NCBI GenBank assembly: GCA_031431875.1
Contig: JANPEF010000008.1
Span: 27,120-91,119, forward strand
DNA from: Candidatus Eiseniibacteriota bacterium
GTDB taxonomy: Bacteria; Eisenbacteria; RBG-16-71-46; DASYSL01
DNA length: 64,000 bases
Direction of reading: 5' to 3'
Under the pieces are notes generated by a model. That model saw only the letters and a program-made list of their open reading frames with translations. It was not told where the DNA came from and ran no database searches. Of the stretch, positions 31,452 through 40,103 are shown piece by piece (position 1 is the first letter of the stretch; each line of letters begins with the position of its first letter). The position numbers were made by a program, and so were the translations under genes.

Positions 31452-31735
31452 CGCACGTTGTCTGGAGGTGCCTGATCGCGGATTCGGGGAAGGGACCGGG
31501 CCGCGGGCCTTCAATGGATTGATGGTATCAAATCGGTTTCCCTTCGCTGACCTCCTGGGCCTTGGCCCACGTCGCACCGTACGAATCGCGTTTCCGTCGA
31601 GCCCCGACCCTCATTGACCGATCACTCCATTTGAGGTTTCGGGCAGTCCTCCCCCAGGGCGCGGATTTCGCGGATACCCCGCAAGGGGCAACCGCACCGA
31701 CAGTTCCGGGAGAGGACATTCATTGAGTCCTCGGC
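31452..31735 (+). other. Candidate structured 5' leader RNA
   Basis: GGAGGT/ACCTCC and GAAGGGACCG/CGGTTTCCCTTC nested stems; GCGG-ATA-CCCC-GCAA-GGGG-CAA-CCGC GNRA hairpin; GAGGAC/GTCCTC hairpin. Confidence 0.3.
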
Positions 31736-31828
31736 GTCCTGCAATCAATCGGGCGCCGCATTCCGGTCGATGTCCGGCCGTCGGGCCTATTCAATCCGCG
31801 ACGCTGTCCGCGCACTGGAGCCGTCATC

Positions 31829-32944
31829 GTGTCCCCCGCCATTTCTTCGAGCGCGATCACGCAGGCAGGCATTTCGCCCCGCGATGGGGTACACTCATCT
31901 CTGGCGGCCGCACCGAAGCGTACGGCCGCGATCGAAACCGGAATCCACCCCCTTGGCGTGGGTCCCTCTTGCGATGCTCCTGCCGATTCTCGCGGCCCTG
32001 CCCTCGGCCATGCGAATGGAGCGGTGTTGTTCACGGTCGAGGTTCCTACGACTCCTCCCCTGCCGTCGGTCGCGCCCGTCCTCGGATCCGAGGACGCGTC
32101 GGACATCCACCTGCAGGTGCTCGACCTGCGGAGTGGCTCCGCGTTTGCCCATGCGAACGGACATTCCCGCGATCACGCGCACGGCAATGCGCGTCGGCGC
32201 GACGAGTTCGGCCTGGGGGAAGTCGCCACGTTCTTGAGCGCCCCGCTGGTCAGCACCGGCTTCGCCAGCAGCTCGACCGTGCCGTCGGCGATCCCCATGC
32301 GGCCCACCGCGGTCCCCGCGATCCCCATGCTCCCGACGGGGTTGTATGCGCACATCGGCAAACGCGTGCTCGACCTCGCCGGCGGCGTCCTCGCGATCGT
32401 GCTGGCGGGACCGGTGATCCTGCTCGCTGCACTGGCGGTCAAGCTCACCTCGCGTGGCCCTGCGTTCTACACGTCGACGCGCCTGGGGAAGGATGGCCGG
32501 CCGTTCACCTTCCTCAAGCTGCGCTCGATGTACGTCGGCGCCGATGCCGAGCGCGCCCGGCTGATGCATCTCAATGAAGTCGACGGCCCGGTGTTCAAGC
32601 TGCGCCGCGATCCGCGCGTCACCCGCGTCGGCCAGTGGCTGCGCTCGAGCTCGGTCGACGAACTCCCCCAGTTGCTCAACGTGCTCAAGGGCGACATGAG
32701 CCTGGTCGGCCCGCGTCCGCCGCTGCCCGAGGAGGCCGAGCGCTACGAGGCCTGGCAGCGCCGCCGTCTCGACGTGAAGCCCGGGATCACCTGCCTGTGG
32801 CAGGTCTCGGGCCGCAGCCGTCTCAGCTTCGAGGAGTGGATGCGGCTTGACCTCGAGTACATCCGGCGGCAGTCTCTCGCCACCGATCTCTGGATCCTGG
32901 TCCGGACGATCCCGGCGGTGCTCTCGCGCGAGGGTGCCTACTGA
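31829..32944 (+). CDS. Priming sugar transferase (phosphoglycosyltransferase, WcaJ/EpsL-type catalytic domain); start uncertain
   Basis: KRVLD, FLKLRSM, DPRVTRVG, DELPQL.NVLKGDMSLVGPRP, KPGITCLWQVSGR; conserved part begins near 32345. Confidence 0.9.
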   Translation: MSPAISSSAITQAGISPRDGVHSSLAAAPKRTAAIETGIHPLGVGPSCDAPADSRGPALGHANGAVLFTVEVPTTPPLPSVAPVLGSEDASDIHLQVLDLRSGSAFAHANGHSRDHAHGNARRRDEFGLGEVATFLSAPLVSTGFASSSTVPSAIPMRPTAVPAIPMLPTGLYAHIGKRVLDLAGGVLAIVLAGPVILLAALAVKLTSRGPAFYTSTRLGKDGRPFTFLKLRSMYVGADAERARLMHLNEVDGPVFKLRRDPRVTRVGQWLRSSSVDELPQLLNVLKGDMSLVGPRPPLPEEAERYEAWQRRRLDVKPGITCLWQVSGRSRLSFEEWMRLDLEYIRRQSLATDLWILVRTIPAVLSREGAY

Positions 32945-32977
32945 CCGTGCGGGGCCCGGCCCGCGCGTGAGGAGCGC

Positions 32978-34537
32978 GTGGACCAAACTCTCGGCAGCAG
33001 CCAACCCAGCGGAATGCAGGCCCCGCCGCAAGGGCGTCGGGGCCTTTGGCTTGCCCTGATCGCCGCGGCGATCCTGCGCTTCTACCATCTCGGCACCCAG
33101 AGCCTGTGGATCGACGAGATCTTCACCTGGCAGACGGCCTCGCCGACCGCGCCGCTGACCTGGCTCGACATCGTCTCCAACCTGCATGGCCCGCTCGTCT
33201 CCGTGTTCGCGCACTTCTGGATGCGCGCCTTCGGCGAGTCGGAGTTCATCCTGCGCCTGCCCATGGCGGTGGCCTCGATCGCACTCGTTCCCGTCGTCGC
33301 GGGGCTGGCGCGCCGCGCCGTCGGGCCCGCGGCGTCCCTGCCGGCGGCGTGGCTCGTCGCACTCTCCCCGTTCGTCACCTGGTACGGGCAGGAGTTCCGC
33401 GGCTACATCTTTGCCATACTCTTTGCCGCGCTCGCGCTGTCGGCGCTCTTCGACTGGCGGGGGAGCGGCATGCGCCGCGACTTCGTCGCGCTCGTCGCGT
33501 GGACCGTCCTCGCCACCTGGTCGAACATGAGCGGCGTGCTGCTCGTGCCCGTGTTCGCCGGTGCCCTGCTGCTGGCGCGCCCGCCGGGCCGCGGTCGCTT
33601 CGCGCCGACGCTGCTTTTCCTCGGATGCGTCGGGCTCGCCCTTTCCCCGTGGATCGCCTACCACTTCGTCCAGCGCATGGGCTGGCTCGAGTGGGGGCGG
33701 CTGGTGCCGGGGCGCCCGCCCGAGGCCGCGGGGGCGCCGCTGCGCGGGGAGCTCACGTTCTCGTGGCTCGGCATCCCGTTCACGTTCTACGTCTTCGCGG
33801 TGGGCTACACGCTGGGCCCGAGCCTGCGCGACCTGCGCTCGGGCGGCGGGCTCGACGTCCTCGTGCCGTTCCTGCCCGGCATCCTCGCCGCGCTGCTGAC
33901 CTTCGGCACGCTGGCGGTGGTCGGCGTGGTCGCGCTGGCGGATCGCGCGCGGAGATTCGAGCGCGGCGTGATCCTCGGGGCGATCCTCGTGCCGATCGCC
34001 GTCGTGTCGTACTTTGCACTGTCGAACTTCAAGGTGTTCAACCCGCGCTACGTCGCGATCGGCGCGCCGGCGTTCTTTGTGCTGCTCGCCGCCGGCTTCA
34101 CCGCCCTGTCACCGCTGGCCCGGCGGCTCACCGCCCTGGCCGTGCTCGGGTTGTTCACCCTCTCGCTCTTGCACCACTATCACGGAGCGCGTTACGCGAA
34201 GGACGACTTCAAGCGCGCCGTGCACGCGCTCGAGCTGGTGGTCGCTCCGCAGGACGTGATCATCGCGGCCGGCAACTTCTCGCCGCTCGAGTTCTACTGG
34301 CGCGACCACGAACCGACGCCGGTCGTGTACTGGGCGGGGTACGCGCGGGACGCGCGGATGGAGGAGAAGTTCCTGCCCCTGCGCAACCCGGCCGGAGCGA
34401 CCTGGCTGGTCGTCTCGCGGACGCAGGAACTCGACCCCGAGGGGCGCCTCGAGCGCTGGGTTCAAGCCACGTGGGGCGCGCCGATCGGGGTCTTTCCGGG
34501 GGTGCGCGTTTATCGGATCGCCGCTCCGGTGCGCTAG
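32978..34537 (+). CDS. GT39/PMT-like GT-C membrane glycosyltransferase
   Basis: LGTQSLWIDE, HGPL, FGESEFILRLP, YGQEFRGY, NPRY. Confidence 0.82.
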   Translation: MDQTLGSSQPSGMQAPPQGRRGLWLALIAAAILRFYHLGTQSLWIDEIFTWQTASPTAPLTWLDIVSNLHGPLVSVFAHFWMRAFGESEFILRLPMAVASIALVPVVAGLARRAVGPAASLPAAWLVALSPFVTWYGQEFRGYIFAILFAALALSALFDWRGSGMRRDFVALVAWTVLATWSNMSGVLLVPVFAGALLLARPPGRGRFAPTLLFLGCVGLALSPWIAYHFVQRMGWLEWGRLVPGRPPEAAGAPLRGELTFSWLGIPFTFYVFAVGYTLGPSLRDLRSGGGLDVLVPFLPGILAALLTFGTLAVVGVVALADRARRFERGVILGAILVPIAVVSYFALSNFKVFNPRYVAIGAPAFFVLLAAGFTALSPLARRLTALAVLGLFTLSLLHHYHGARYAKDDFKRAVHALELVVAPQDVIIAAGNFSPLEFYWRDHEPTPVVYWAGYARDARMEEKFLPLRNPAGATWLVVSRTQELDPEGRLERWVQATWGAPIGVFPGVRVYRIAAPVR

Positions 34538-35160
34538 CGTCTTGTGCGGTAGTCGTTCGGGTCGATGCAGGCGTCGTAGAACGAGCGAGGGAGCTTGAGC
34601 CATTCGGTTTTGTTCACGCCGCGCCTGTTGTCGTATGTGGGGCTGACCGGGTAGGCGGACGCCATCCAGAGCCATCGGTCCTGCTCATCTGAGATCGCCC
34701 GCACTTCATCGGCGACCTCCGAGAAGTCTTGATCCTGGGTAAAGACTACGGCGACGTCGTAGACGCGCTCGCGTGCGAGCCGAACGATATCAAGCGCCAT
34801 CCGAACGTCGATTCCCTTCTCTCTGCCCACCATCAAGCTCGAAACAGTGCCGTCGGCCTGACGGAGGGCCTCATTTCTGTACCGCATCGGCCGCGAGAAG
34901 AGTCGTACGCCTCGTGTGCCCATCACGGCCATTTTCGCGACCCAGAATTGGTGACGCCCTGGGTCGGCATTGGCGTCGGGAACACCTGTGTAGAAGTAGG
35001 TTTGGTGGTGCTGCCAACCCTCCTGAGCGCAAACTTTGCGTGCGAGGAGTTGAGGGTCATAATTTGGATATCGGTAGCCGAACGCGAGCTTTGCCGCGTT
35101 GAACAAGTTTTGTCCATCGATGAAAACGCAAGCCCGCTTGACCCTCGGCTCAGACTTCAC
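34534..35160 (-). CDS. NYN (LabA/DUF88, PIN-fold) domain putative ribonuclease
   Basis: FIDGQN, FYTG, EKGIDVRMALD, TQDQDF acidic residues intact; GTG start with G-rich SD; visibly more AT-rich than the neighbours. Confidence 0.88.
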   Translation of the reverse strand: MKSEPRVKRACVFIDGQNLFNAAKLAFGYRYPNYDPQLLARKVCAQEGWQHHQTYFYTGVPDANADPGRHQFWVAKMAVMGTRGVRLFSRPMRYRNEALRQADGTVSSLMVGREKGIDVRMALDIVRLARERVYDVAVVFTQDQDFSEVADEVRAISDEQDRWLWMASAYPVSPTYDNRRGVNKTEWLKLPRSFYDACIDPNDYRTRR

Positions 35161-35176
35161 AGCTTCCCCCCAATGC

Positions 35177-35220
35177 AAAACCCCGCCGGAGGCCGAGTAC
35201 AACCGGCTGATCCGGCGGGG
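35177..35220 (-). terminator. Terminator-like hairpin in the 5' leader of the NYN gene
   Basis: Perfect 10-bp CCCCGCCGGA/TCCGGCGGGG stem with inner GCCG/CGGC, followed by TTTT on the minus strand. Confidence 0.55.
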
Positions 35221-35253
35221 AGCAATTCCCGAGGGCTTGCGACGACAAGATCA

Positions 35254-35282
35254 AGACTAGTCTCCTTCATCGGCCGTTTCAA
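35254..35282 (-). promoter_or_regulatory. Sigma70-type promoter of the NYN module
   Basis: Minus strand TTGAAA-N17-TAGTCT; perfect palindrome AGACTAGTCT (35254-35263) covers the -10. Confidence 0.6.
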
Positions 35283-35453
35283 GCCCCCGATCGAGGCCGT
35301 CCGTTCCCGCAGCACCCTCCGGGCGGGAATGGCCGGGCGCATCCTCTTGTGTTAAGCTAAATCCTTCAGTGACCGATCATTAGGTCGGATCCCGATCGGT
35401 TGTTTTTCCGCTTTCGTGCCCCGCGCCGGAGGACGGGCGACTTGCCCCAGGCT

Positions 35454-37562
35454 ATGGCCCCCGAACAACATCCGCCCACACCCACGCCCGCTCGCGGGCG
35501 GGAGGGTTCGCTCGCCTGGAAGCTCCAGCGCCTGCGCTCCATGTCGCCCGCCGAAGTGGCGTGGCGCGTCGAGCGGCGGCTCGCGCTCAGGCGGCTGGCG
35601 CGTCGCGCCGGGGCGCCCGTGCCCACGCTGCCGACGCCCGGTGCAGGCTTCCGTGCGACGCTCGTTGCCGCCACCGTCCCGCTCGTGCCGTGGGCGGGCG
35701 ACAACGGGATCGCGAGTGAGGCCGAGCGCGCGGCATTCGAGCAGGCCTATCCGGGCGAGGCCGCCCGCATCGTCGCGTCGGCCGAGGCGATCCTCGTCGG
35801 ACGCATCGAGCTGTTCGCGCGGACCTATGCCTTCGGGCCCGATCCGCGAGCGTGGCCGTGGAATCGCAGCGCCGACGACGGGCCGCCAGTCCCGCTCGAC
35901 TTCGGGCCGACGCTCGATTATCGCGAGCCGGCCGTGGTGGGGGACGCGCGCCTCGCCTGGGAGCTGGGTCGGCACGGTTGCCTCGCGCCGCTGGCGCAGG
36001 CCGCGTGGCTGACCGGGGATCCCCGCTACGCCCGCTTCGCCTTCGCCGTGATCGAGGCGTGGAGCGAAGCGTGCCCGCCGTATCGCGGGATTCAGTGGGT
36101 GAGCGCGCTCGAGTTCGCGATCCGTTCGCTCGCGTGGGGCTTTGCACTCGCCGTCGTGGCCCGCAGTGTCGCCGGTGCGGAGATCGACGAGACGCGCTGG
36201 GAGCGCGTGCTCGCCACGTGGGCCGAGCAGTTGCGCTTCGTGCACGCGCACGACGCGCGCTTCTCCTCGGCGAACAACCATCGCCTCGGCGAGGCGGCCG
36301 GGCTGGCGTGGGGTGGGATCGCGCTGTCGTTCCTGCCCGAGGGCGACCTGTGGCGGCGCCGCGGTTTCGACGTGCTCGAGGAGTGCGTGCTCGCCCAGAC
36401 GACCGACGACGGCGTCACCCGCGAGCACGCGTTCGCCTACCAGCACTTCGTCCTCGACTTCGCGGTTGCGGTCGAGGCGGCCGGCGAACGCACCGGGCGG
36501 GCCATGCCGGCGGCCGTGCGGTCGCGCCTGGCCGCGGTCGCATCGTCGCTCGAGCGCTTTGCGCCGGGCGGAAGGCTGTGGTCGGTGGGCGACGGCGACG
36601 AGGGGCAGGCGCTGGCGCTGGGCGATCCGTTCGCGACGCGCGTCACGGCGAGCCTCGAGACGGCCCGGGCCCTGGTCGGGGACACCGGGCACGGCGCGAA
36701 TCATCCGCGCTCGTTCTGGCTGGGTCTTTCGCCGCGGGCCGCTAACGATTCCACCGACGCGGCCGGCGCTTTCGCGCCGGACCTGGGCGTCACGCAGCGC
36801 GGCGGCTACGTGCTCGACGCGTGGGACACGCCAGGCGGCGCGGCGCGCCTGCTCTTCGACGTCGCCGAGATGGGTCTCGCACCGCTGTACGCGCACGGGC
36901 ATGCCGACGCGCTCCAGGTCCTGCTCGACGTCGCCGGGCCGCGGCTCGTCGATCCGGGCACCGGCGCGTACCACGCCCGGCCCGAATTGCGCGAGTGGCT
37001 GCGCTCGACCGCGGCCCACAACACGCTCGAGCTCGAGGGCAAGTCGCAGTCCGAGCCGGGCGGCCTGTTCCAGTGGTTGCGCGTGGCGCGCGTGACGGAG
37101 ATCGCCGTCGCAGACGGCGCAGCCCTCGATGCATCGGCTGCGCATGATGGCTACGCGAAGGACGACGGCCTCCTGCACCGCCGGCGCGTGTGGCGCGGGA
37201 GCCCGACCGTGGTGCACGTGACCGACACGCTCGAGGCGGCCGGAGCAGGCGGCACGGGCGGGGGCGCGATGCGGCGCGCCGTTGTCCGCTGGCACGTCGG
37301 TGAAGGACGGCCGCGGGTCACCGCGCCGGATCGCGTCGAGGTGACGTGGCCGGACGGATATGTGCTGGCGCTGTGCGTCGTCTCATCGCCCGCGGGCGTG
37401 CGGGCGCGCATTGCCGAAGACGGCATGTGGGCACCCCGGTTCCTCGAGCCGCGGGCCTGCGGCGTCGTCGAATGGATCGTCGAAACGGCCGCCGGCTGCA
37501 CGATCGAGACCGTGATCGTGCTCGGTGGTGCTGACTTCTCGTTCACGGCCGCATCGTCGTGA
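35454..37562 (+). CDS. Heparinase II/III-like (alginate lyase family) protein
   Basis: WELGRH, SSANNH, EHAFAYQHF, HGHADAL, DPGTGAY, RSTAAHNT. Confidence 0.85.
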   Translation: MAPEQHPPTPTPARGREGSLAWKLQRLRSMSPAEVAWRVERRLALRRLARRAGAPVPTLPTPGAGFRATLVAATVPLVPWAGDNGIASEAERAAFEQAYPGEAARIVASAEAILVGRIELFARTYAFGPDPRAWPWNRSADDGPPVPLDFGPTLDYREPAVVGDARLAWELGRHGCLAPLAQAAWLTGDPRYARFAFAVIEAWSEACPPYRGIQWVSALEFAIRSLAWGFALAVVARSVAGAEIDETRWERVLATWAEQLRFVHAHDARFSSANNHRLGEAAGLAWGGIALSFLPEGDLWRRRGFDVLEECVLAQTTDDGVTREHAFAYQHFVLDFAVAVEAAGERTGRAMPAAVRSRLAAVASSLERFAPGGRLWSVGDGDEGQALALGDPFATRVTASLETARALVGDTGHGANHPRSFWLGLSPRAANDSTDAAGAFAPDLGVTQRGGYVLDAWDTPGGAARLLFDVAEMGLAPLYAHGHADALQVLLDVAGPRLVDPGTGAYHARPELREWLRSTAAHNTLELEGKSQSEPGGLFQWLRVARVTEIAVADGAALDASAAHDGYAKDDGLLHRRRVWRGSPTVVHVTDTLEAAGAGGTGGGAMRRAVVRWHVGEGRPRVTAPDRVEVTWPDGYVLALCVVSSPAGVRARIAEDGMWAPRFLEPRACGVVEWIVETAAGCTIETVIVLGGADFSFTAASS

Positions 37563-38911
37563 CGGCACTCCTTCCCCCCGGAGAGCGCATGCGCATCGCA
37601 GTCTTCGGCCTCGGCTACGTCGGTTCGGTGACTTCGGCCTGCCTGGCGAAGCTCGGCCACGACGTCGTCGGCGTCGATCCCAACGAGTACAAGGTCGGTT
37701 GCCTCGCCCGTGGCGAGAGCCCGATCGTCGAGAAGGACCTGGGTGACCTGATCGCCGAGGCCGCACGCGCGGGCCGGCTCACGGCTACCACCGATTTCGT
37801 CGCGGCGGTCAAGGGCGTCGACCTCGTGCTGGTGTGCGTCGGCACCCCGAGCCGCGAGGACGGATCGCTCGACCTGTCGCACGTCGAGCACGCGGCGGGC
37901 GAGGTGGGGGCCGCACTCGCCGCGCAACCGCACTTCGCGACCGTCGTGTTCCGCAGCACCATGCTGCCGGGCTCGGTCGAGGAGCGCCTGGTGCCGCGCC
38001 TCGAGCAGGCCTCGGGCGGTAAGCGCGGGAAGGACTTCGGCGTCTGCTACAACCCCGAGTTCCTGCGCGAGGGCACCGCCGTCGCCGACTTCTTCGCCCC
38101 GCCGATCACCGTGCTCGGTGTCGGCGACGAGGCGAGTGCCGTGCCCATGCGCGCGCTCTATGCGCCGCTGCCGGGCGAGCTGGCGGTCGTCCCGATCCGC
38201 ACCGCCGAGATGCTCAAGTACGTGAACAACGCGTTCCACGGGCTCAAGGTCGCGTTCGCCAACGAGGTCGGCGTGCTGTGCAAGCGCGAGGGTGTCGATT
38301 CGCACGAGGTAATGCGCCTGTTCTGCGCCGACACGAAGCTCAACCTGTCGCCGTACTACCTGAAGCCCGGGTTCGCCTTCGGCGGTTCGTGCCTGCCCAA
38401 GGACCTGCGCGCCATCACGCACCGCGCGCGCGAGCGGAGCCTCGACCTGCCCGTGCTCGACTCGGTGTTGCGCTCGAACGACCTGCACGTGCAGCGCGCG
38501 GTCGCCGCGGTCGAGAGGGCAAAGGCGCCGGGCCGCAAGGTCGGCATCCTCGGCCTGTCGTTCAAGGCCGAGACCGACGACCTGCGCGAGAGCCCGATCG
38601 TCCGCGTCGTCGGCGCTCTCGTCGGCAAGGGCTGGACGCTGGCGCTGCACGATGCGCACATCGACGCGGCGAAGCTGGTCGGCGCCAACCGCCAGTACCT
38701 CGAGGCCGAGATTCCGTACCTCGATCGCCTGTTCCACAAGGACCCGCGCGACGTGGTGCGCGGCTCCGAGGTGATCGTCATCGCGAACGGACATCCGGCC
38801 TACCGCGAGGTGCCGCAGTGGATGACGGAGGGCCAGACGCTGGTCGACCTGGTGCACCTGGTCGATGCCAGGTCCGTGACGCGCGGGGAGTATGTCGGCC
38901 TCGCCTGGTGA
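37559..38911 (+). CDS. algD: GDP-mannose 6-dehydrogenase-like nucleotide-sugar dehydrogenase
   Basis: FGLGYVG, NPEFLREG, KLNLSPYYLKPGFAFGGSCLPKD, GLSFKAETDDLRESP; start GTG 37559 or ATG 37589; substrate is inferred. Confidence 0.85.
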   Translation: MTALLPPGERMRIAVFGLGYVGSVTSACLAKLGHDVVGVDPNEYKVGCLARGESPIVEKDLGDLIAEAARAGRLTATTDFVAAVKGVDLVLVCVGTPSREDGSLDLSHVEHAAGEVGAALAAQPHFATVVFRSTMLPGSVEERLVPRLEQASGGKRGKDFGVCYNPEFLREGTAVADFFAPPITVLGVGDEASAVPMRALYAPLPGELAVVPIRTAEMLKYVNNAFHGLKVAFANEVGVLCKREGVDSHEVMRLFCADTKLNLSPYYLKPGFAFGGSCLPKDLRAITHRARERSLDLPVLDSVLRSNDLHVQRAVAAVERAKAPGRKVGILGLSFKAETDDLRESPIVRVVGALVGKGWTLALHDAHIDAAKLVGANRQYLEAEIPYLDRLFHKDPRDVVRGSEVIVIANGHPAYREVPQWMTEGQTLVDLVHLVDARSVTRGEYVGLAW

Positions 38912-40103
38912 GCGCGCGGGCGGCCGCGTCCTCATCCTCGTCGAAAACCTTCCAGTGCCGTTCGACCGCCGGGTCTGGCTCGAATCGAAGGCGCTGACCC
39001 GCGCCGGCTGGCTGGTCTCGGTGATCTGCCCCAAGGGCGAACCGTGGACGGCCGAGTACGAAGAGATCGAGGGCGTCCACATCCACCGCTACGAGCCGCC
39101 GCCGCCCGCGAAGGGCGCGTTGTCGTACGTGTGGGAGTTCCTCTACTGCTGGCTGCAGACCCTGCGCCTGACCATCGGCGTCGCCGCCGGCCGCGGCTTC
39201 GACGTGATCCACGCCTGCAACCCGCCCGACACCTTCTTCGCCATCGGCGCGATCTTCAAGCTGTGGGGGAAGAAGTTCCTGTTCGACCAGCACGACCTGT
39301 GTCCCGAGGTGTACGTCGCGCGCTTCAATCGCGAGGGTTTCTGGTATGCCGCGCTCGGCGGGCTCGAGCGCTTGACCTACCTGACCGCCGACCTCGTGAT
39401 CGCCACCAACCAGAGCTACCGCGAGACCGCGATCCGCCGCGGGGGCGTGGACCCCGAGCGCGTGTTCGTCGTGCGCTCGGGTCCCGAGAGCTCGCGCTTC
39501 GTCGGCCTGGCACCCGATCCGGCGCTCAAGCGCGGCAAGCCGTACCTGGTCGCCTACCTCGGGGTCATGGCGCCGCAGGACGGCGTCGATCACCTGGTCC
39601 GCGCCGCGGCCGACCTGATCGCGCTGCGGGGCAAGCGCGACGTGGCGATCACCCTGATCGGCGGCGGCGACTCGTTCGCCGACCTCGTCGCCCTGACGAG
39701 GGAGATGGGCCTCGACGACGTGGTGCACTTCACGGGGCGCGTCCCGGATGCCAAGGTCGAGGCGATCCTCTCCACCGCCGACGTGTGCGTCAGCCCGGAT
39801 CCCAAGAACCCGCTGAACGATGTGTCGACCATGAACAAGATCCTCGAGTACATGGCGGTGGGGCGACCGATCGTCGCGTTCGACCTGCGCGAGACCCGCT
39901 ATTCGGCCGGCGAAGGGGCGCTCTACGCGACGCCGAACGAGACGGCGGACCTGGCGGCCAAGATCCACCGGCTCCTCGAGGATCCGGCGCTGCGCGCATC
40001 GATGGGGGCCTACAATCAGGAGCGCTTCCGCCAGGGCTTCGCCTGGGAGTACAGCCAGGTGGAATTGGTGAAGGCCTATGAGCTCCTCCGCCCGCACGCC
40101 TGA
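38892..40103 (+). CDS. Glycosyltransferase family 4 (WbuB-like)
   Basis: VENLPVPFDRRVW, HACNPPD, FDQHDLCPE, STMNKILEYMA. Confidence 0.9.
   Translation: MSASPGERAGGRVLILVENLPVPFDRRVWLESKALTRAGWLVSVICPKGEPWTAEYEEIEGVHIHRYEPPPPAKGALSYVWEFLYCWLQTLRLTIGVAAGRGFDVIHACNPPDTFFAIGAIFKLWGKKFLFDQHDLCPEVYVARFNREGFWYAALGGLERLTYLTADLVIATNQSYRETAIRRGGVDPERVFVVRSGPESSRFVGLAPDPALKRGKPYLVAYLGVMAPQDGVDHLVRAAADLIALRGKRDVAITLIGGGDSFADLVALTREMGLDDVVHFTGRVPDAKVEAILSTADVCVSPDPKNPLNDVSTMNKILEYMAVGRPIVAFDLRETRYSAGEGALYATPNETADLAAKIHRLLEDPALRASMGAYNQERFRQGFAWEYSQVELVKAYELLRPHA

Noticed and set aside
31519..31531. FNR box
   Set aside because: Spacer is 3 nt rather than 4; kept only as an unassigned palindrome
31660..31735. 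c-di-GMP-I riboswitch call
   Set aside because: GNRA hairpin present but the GGCAAAC/GACGCAAAGC consensus is not recognisable; needs an Infernal search
34534..35400. IS or other mobile element around the NYN gene
   Set aside because: No transposase/integrase, terminal inverted repeats or target duplication seen; only the composition shift suggests acquisition
35454..37562. Catabolic heparin/alginate utilisation or alginate biosynthesis operon
   Set aside because: No signal peptide, transporters or alg8/alg44/algE; heparinase II/III-like and AlgD-like genes are common in biosynthetic clusters
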